DNA from: Lingula anatina
Lineage: Eukaryota; Animalia; Brachiopoda
Direction: 5' to 3'
DNA: 64,000 nucleotides
Assembly (NCBI GenBank): GCA_051362555.1
Contig: CM120640.1
Span: forward strand, 71,154,788 to 71,218,787
Positions 57,501 to 64,000 of the stretch are shown one piece after another. The notes under the pieces were generated by a model. It did not search any database and was not told the DNA's origin. It was given only the letters and a program-made list of their open reading frames with translations. How positions within the stretch are numbered: the first letter of the stretch is position 1; every line of letters starts with the position of its first letter. A program made the position numbers and the translations under genes.

Positions 57501-60500
57501 GACATAAGTCCAGTTCATAGCCTTCATAATGTCTATCATAGCATCTACCTGTGCAACATCGGACGCTATCATTCTCAGAAAGTGGGGGAATCTTGCCTTA
57601 TCACTCAGGAGTGGACTGGACGACCTGTGACTTATCTGAGGTAGTTTATACACCTCAAGGAATCTTTGCACGTGCATGGCACCTGTACTGGAGATACCAG
57701 AAACAGCACCAAGCATTGGGACCGCGTCTACATTGGCGCCAGCGACGCTTACTTCCTCCAGTAAAATACTAGTGATCTGCCTTGATAACCTATCAGCGTT
57801 GACGTTACAGTTGTCTAAAACAATGCCACCTAGGGTCACGTTAGGCAGAACGCTGGGGTCCTGGTTGACAAGGTCTAGTCCATAGAAAAATGCTTCAGTC
57901 TCTCCTAGCATTCCTAGCTTGTCTACAATGTCACTGCATTCCTTGACTTCGTCTCCTTCCAGGTGAGCGTCAAATATCCCCACCAGTACAACATCACCGC
58001 CGTCAAGACGTGAGAACCTGAAGGAATGAACTTTTAATATGAAACATGATTTAAATTTATATTTATATGAACTATAATAGTATAAGTGACATTGAATCGG
58101 GCAGACACGTTGATGTCGTTTTCCATCGGTAGGATTTACGAGAAGTTGCAATTTACAAAACGGAATCTTACACGTATATGCTTTCTAAACCACCATTTGG
58201 TGAAGGAGAATTTAAAATGAGAAAATATTTACGCCTACTTACGGTAGCAAAAATGCAATTAGAATTGATTTAAACATGACAATAAACGCTATGAATATCA
58301 TTAATTACCTATTGTCCAGTTGTTTATTCTTACATTCGCAACTATCTGAGCAGCTAGACGTAACGTAGCTTGGTGTTCGAGTTCCATTTCTATCGTACAT
58401 TTCTATGGGGCTACTTAAGGACAGTTTTCCATCCACCCAAGTCCCTACCTGCATTTTTGACAAAAATTATTTCACAAGAAGGTAATACGCCCAATGCATG
58501 TATATGAAAATGGGTTAGCATATTTAGCTGAATGGCCATAACTGAACATGAATAATAAATCAAAATCATATGCGTACATTTGAATTATGAAAAACATAAA
58601 TATATATATAAAAAGAAAGCAAGTATTACCTCGTTAAATACCAACACATTATCTGTCAGCTGTGCATTCTTCACTCCGTACATGGCGTGTTTCACTTCTC
58701 CGTTGTCCTTGAAAGCAATGGTTCTATTGTCTAAATGAACAAATTCTACCTCTCGTAGATATCTCATCATTTTCTCAGCAGGTAGATGGATCAAGTCGCC
58801 GCACAGCGCGGAGCTGTTACAGAGGGCGCTGTGGGCTTTACGCACCGCGTGGGCAAAGGTGTAGACGGCGGCGATGGTCTCGGAGATAAAAGATAACTGT
58901 CGATAATTGTTGACGTGTGATGTCACATGTGAGGCATTGCAGCTGCGTCCTAACGTACAGCCATACAGCTGAAATGATGAAATAAAAAGAACATGGATAC
59001 AGACAGAGAAACCATGAGTAAAAGTGCCATGAAAAGGTACTGTTCACCGCATGGCAAATACGATTCCAAAAGTACCTTAATCCGTTCTTCAAACCTCTAG
59101 CTGTATATGTTGTGCCCTCTAGCCCAGTCTCCCAAAACATAGTCTATAGTGAATGATAAAAACATTGAGATACATTAACAAGACAGAAAACGTGGAAATG
59201 GCCCACCTGCTCCCAGTATTGGCCAAAATATGGATCCGCCAAATTGTTTTCTGGGGTGAGAGAGGTAAAATAGTTTCTGAATTCCGTGATGTGAGCAGAA
59301 TATTCATTGAAGCTGATCATGCCGCGAATGATGTGTTTCAATTGGTCGTATGCTGGCTTGTAGTGGAACGGCAGCCCCGAGACCCACTGTAACTCAGTCA
59401 CCACCGGCACGGACGCCTGGGCAGCGTTAACAGCTTGGAAAAAACGGAGCAATATTTCTGGAATTACCATGGTGACAACACCGCGTGCTCCTGGAAACAA
59501 AAGACGAGCGTAATTATTAATGTGGGTCAATTGCTTGTTTGCTGAAAACAACATAAAATTGTTTCGAAGTATGAAAAAAAAACGCATATGCAGTATATAA
59601 GAACATCGAATATCAGATATCAGAATATCTGTATAAATGTAATATCGTAATTATCAAAATGCAGTGACACCATTACCTGATAAATGTGTCAAATCGTCCT
59701 AGAGTGCACAATCCACTTAATCTTACCAAAGATAGAAATTACTGTTCACAAACCTTTGGACGCAGCAAATGCAAATTCTTTGATGTGAGGGTCGAAGTCG
59801 ACGTCACGATCTTCGTTATTCACCGACTGCAGCGCCACCACACAGATGTCATTCACTGACGTCAAGCGGAGAAATTCGGATTTCAGATCCTGAGCATAAG
59901 GGTCGCTTCCAACAAGAACAGATACATGTGTCCAGCCAAGTTCTTGTAGGATGGATATCAGAACCTGTTTTTACGGGAAAGAAACTGGTGTTCATTTTAG
60001 ACCTAACTGCAAGAAACAAACTGGCAGAAAAAAAGAAAAACGGTTTTGTCCTTAAGAAGAAGAAGAATTAGAAGTTAGATTTATAAAAAGTAACACCCAC
60101 CTGTACAGCAGAGGTGGCGCTTGGCACCAGTCTCTGGAAATAGGGGAACTTGTTGGTGTCGCTGAGCTCCAGACTGTGAGAGGCGTAACTGACTGTAGGC
60201 AGAGGGATATAGTTCAGAAACTGAGCCACCCGGGCCGTCACACCGCTGTATAGGGCAGATAACATTCCTAAAACAGGGAGAGTTTTAATAATCAATTAAT
60301 CTATTTCCTTGATTTGGTATTTAAGAATTTTTTGAGGGTGTTAAATAGTCATTGCGTTACTTTTAACTTTAAAATGCAGTTGAACCCCAGTGCTGTCTGT
60401 TTTAAACAATGGCTGATTTGAAACTCTAGCGTTCACAAACGCATCAGGCTGATTTTGACTTCTTTAATATTTAATGATGGCAAATTATTGGCCCTTTCAA

Positions 60501-61082
60501 TATCTGACAGTTTAGAATATGGAACAACTCTTGGAATACCACCAAATGCATGTTAAAACATGAGAACTTATATTACTTGGAATGTAGAAATTTCATATCA
60601 ATAATATATATTTGTGTTTGTTTCCTGCCAAGATATAAGTTGTGCGTCTTATTTTTTAAGTTGATAACTTTCTGTAAGCAAACCAACTGTCAGCAGTCGC
60701 CAGTATACCAACGAGGATGTTTGGTTAAAAGGCAGTCTATCATTGTGTTTATGAAATAATAATAACAATTAAAACACAAGACATAATACCTGGAAACATT
60801 ACATTTGCTGGGCAGATACTTCCCGAGTCGTCAGCGTACTTTTCCCTCTCAGCCAGGAAGTCCACGGCGCGATGTACAGCCACATCGGGACGGCCGCAGT
60901 CATCGTAGGAACGAATACCTGAGAAACATGGACAGGACGTGACGTCGTTGTTGACTAGAGGTCGTTGTGGACTAGACGTCATTGTGGACTAAGGTCAATG
61001 TGTTTAATTCTCTGGTCATTACTTCATGTTTTTATCAATTAAGAGAGAAAGAGAGAGAGAATTGTGGGGAAATGGGCGGTTA

Positions 61083-61118
<36 letters not shown>

Positions 61119-61470
61119 TTTCATTAATTTTCATATTCTCATGACAGGGGGTGTAGCGGATAAATATTGATTAAACTCAGATAGATTTCTAATTAAAAAT
61201 GTAGTACTTACCAAAGGTAACACCAGGTAAAAATTTATCTTCATTCAGCTTCTGCACTGCAAAATGTGCGGCCTCTAATCTCTGAACAGCGTCCGCGTTC
61301 ACTTTCTCAGAGCAACCCTCTGCACCCGCCGCCTGCGCGTGTATGTTAAACGTAGCCCCCAAAATTATGTCGCCATCTATGCTGCCAAACTGTTGTCTTT
61401 GACACTGTTGACATGTGACAAATGTCACCCAAAACAATAAAACGGGGACGCAAAATGTCCACCAAGTCAT
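54527..61470 (-). CDS. Metabotropic glutamate receptor-like (class C GPCR family) protein with three tandem Venus-flytrap domains, no 7TM found; ~1489 aa
   Basis: Exons 61470-61212, 60918-60790, 60267-60101, 59964-59754, 59490-59207, 58968-58630, 58448-58309, 58017-56685, 56535-56002, 55861-54944, 54682-54527 sum to 4470 nt in frame. Signal peptide MTWWTFCVPVLLFWVTFVTC; three sets of mGluR-type motifs: GDIILGATF/GDVVLVGIF/RDFTLLGYF; FLPGVTFG/VLPNVTLG/ILGDSVLG; LSDTNKFPYFQR/LSDKARFPHFLR/FNNKTNHPRFLR; PYFGQYWEQ/IWFEELWEQHFGC/PWYREFWEDHFEC; VGTW/AGTW/VGQW. Confidence 0.88.
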
Positions 61471-62337
61471 CTTCAGTCTAACCACCTGCAAAGGGTGAAA
61501 CACTTTCTAACAATAAAGTTTGAACCGACTACTTGCAAAATTCATTCATAAAACTAAATAATAGGCCTATATACTGTGTATATGCATGTATTCTAAGACA
61601 GATCATTTAAAAATCATAAGGCTATAACGACAACATCTGAGACAATCTTTATCTTATTTACCCATTAAAACAGCAATAATGGGCATACCTCACGCAAAGT
61701 ATCTTGCCAGCAAAGATATACGTACATGTATTTCAGTGTCTTAGACGTCGTGAGGATGGTCATGAAGCCATCGTGATGAACTGCAGTCAGGGGGTCAGAT
61801 AAGGGAAAGTGATGTCCATCTAATTTTTATTTTCGACAAGACAGGGCATACAAATGGATAGATTTCGTCCCAAGTACACACTACTAAGTTCGTATCAAGA
61901 GTGCAGACGTTCCCTATCTTGGCATCTGTAGTTTGGGCCCGTGCCTATTGGGTCTGTCATCAAGTTCACCATTTCTCGTCGATTTCGAGTTCATCAGTGA
62001 ACCCCACATAATGTTAATTTAATTTTCAAATACAGTACAATATCCCTGGTGGTCAGATACTGGTCATTTAAATGAAAAGACATGTCTCTCACCTGCATGT
62101 TGCTGGCTCGCTGCTGCAGTCAAGTCACTTTATAGACATATTGTAGTACGCGCAGTATGCAGACTTAAATGTTTAAATGCTATTTCAAAAACATTTAATC
62201 CTCACATTAAATGAATTTCATGAACACATGTCGCTTTCCAAGCTTTTCACCCAGTAGTACACCTATCCTCTTCACTAGGTCATCTCTGGCTGATAAATAT
62301 TGTATTCAAGACGTCTTTTACCAACTTTTTAGCTGCT

Positions 62338-62520
62338 ACAGAGGCGGATCCAGGATTATTTGAAAGGGGGGGGGGGGGGGGGGGGGGGGGGGTCCGCGGG
62401 TGCGAATACGACCTCTCCCCCTCCCCCTTGGCGTGGGGTTCGGGGCCCGCTAAATGGCCCCCGAGAATTTTTGATATTTTAGAGGGCACATGGTGCCGTT
62501 TGGTACGGTTTAGAACTACG
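62338..62520. mobile_element. Probable end fragment of a non-autonomous DNA transposon
   Basis: GC-rich island starting cagaggcggatccaggatt followed by a poly-G run and ggggttcggggcccg...cccccgagaatttttg, a pattern typical of invertebrate transposon termini; no partner end seen. Confidence 0.45.
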
Positions 62521-63049
62521 ATTCAGCTAAATTCTAATTTCGAGAAGGTACTATTGGTGTGATTTTTCGGAAAATTGAAGAGGAGGGTCAGGATAACTGC
62601 ATAACTCTAATGAATAACTGCATAACTCTAATGAATTTTTTTCCATCAAAAATGATGGGTACAATCTAATTCAAACAATAACTTAAGATCTAGTATATCT
62701 ACATAAGATCTCCAAATTAAAAAAAAAAAAAAAACTAGACAGCAAAGCTTACAATTATACAGACACCATATTGGAAACAAGGCAGCAAAGCTGTCCAATG
62801 TTCAGACATTACACAGCAAAAAGTGTACTAAAATCTTTGGTCAGTTTTGATGCACTGTTACACAATGCTTTAAAATAATAATTACCGTACATTTAAATTG
62901 ATCATGCTGATTTTCGTAAGCAACCTGCCTCTTTACCAAACAAAGCCACTCAGTAAATTTAAAGTAAAACAAAAATACTGACAACGCAACTCAGACAGTC
63001 AGACCAATCAGAATATATACAACCATTTACAGGGTCTGTATATAAAAAG

Positions 63050-64000
63050 AATGAAACAAAACAATAATTTTATTAAATATAATTGCCTGATAACTCAAGT
63101 TTATTACATAGTTTTGCAATAAAGGCAACAATACAATGTTTTTTCTTAGAGCTATATGTCTAAAAAGAATTTCTAATGTGTAATTCTGTATCACTGTAAT
63201 TTTGGACGGAAACTTTGGCTTACATTAAAGTGTATATATAAAAAACAAATATATGTGTTATGAAAAAATAATATAAACAAGTTACAAGAAAACACAATCC
63301 TCTCTAGCTAGTTTTAGTAATTTTGCATAATGTATAATAAAATGCTCAAATAACAACACCATATACCAGTGTACAAGAGCAACAACTTGCATTACAGATA
63401 AAATATCTTTGGGTTCCATGAGAAAACAACCCTGTATTAAATAATAAATATACACATAATACCATGTGTGAGCAGTGTGTCTTAAGTTTACATCAGATAT
63501 ACTTCACAATTACATATGAACAGTGCCATTTTACATCAGCAGTTTATTATTATTATCTCCAATGAAGTGGCACAGCTTTATATTATCTAATATGCTTTTT
63601 ACAAAAACTATAAAACAGTCTTTATGAGGATACAAATATAATTACATAGATGGGCATGAGTAAGACATGCTTAATGTGCACACATGACACAACAACTTGA
63701 TCTACTGTTGACCCAGAAGTCATAGGGTAGAGCACCACTTATTGCTGGAACATGTATTTTATTTTGATTATGTGAAAAGTGGATGGATGTCGGCTTCTTT
63801 TACATGATAATATACACATTGCCTCCTTTAAGTAGAAATGTGACATTTGACGAAAGAGGAAGATCAGAATTCTCAATAGTTATGTACATTTTGTTCATTT
63901 TTCCATACATTTTCCATGCCTTCATTTTAAATATAGGGCTAATAAAGGCAAACTGTTGGCAAGATTTGCTCATACTGCACAACCAACAAGTACACATGTA
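63050..64000 (-). other. Possible 3' UTR end of a minus-strand gene lying right of the window
   Basis: Very AT-rich, no ORF of note, AATAAA on the minus strand (tttatt near 63068 and 63100). Confidence 0.3.

Noticed and set aside
54527-61470. Assigning a GRM gene symbol
   Set aside because: Domain architecture and ligand-pocket residues do not match a canonical mGluR orthologue.

Overview
AT-rich, intron-rich animal genomic DNA, probably a lophotrochozoan such as a mollusc (inferred from gene content and repeat style; cannot be confirmed). Four spliced genes can be assembled by hand: (1) the 3' part of a + strand Cys-rich, probably GPI/membrane-anchored protein (977-7867); (2) a - strand MINDY-1/2 (FAM63) deubiquitinase (18258-14340) whose last catalytic-domain exons were not found in the window; (3) a complete + strand Suppressor of Hairless/RBPJ (CSL) gene (19405-49485, 15 coding exons, ~698 aa), head-to-head with MINDY; (4) a - strand class C GPCR-like gene (61470-54527) with a signal peptide, three tandem Venus-flytrap domains and no recognisable 7TM. 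The most unusual feature is that three exon-intron junctions of the CSL gene are themselves amplified into tandem arrays (9 donor copies, 13 donor copies, 11 acceptor copies). Also present: a 2.9-kb Helentron/HINE-like element carrying a 146-bp satellite with perfect DR1 motifs, several MITEs, minisatellites, and CSL-binding sites in the CSL promoter. All gene models are manual and lack transcript support.
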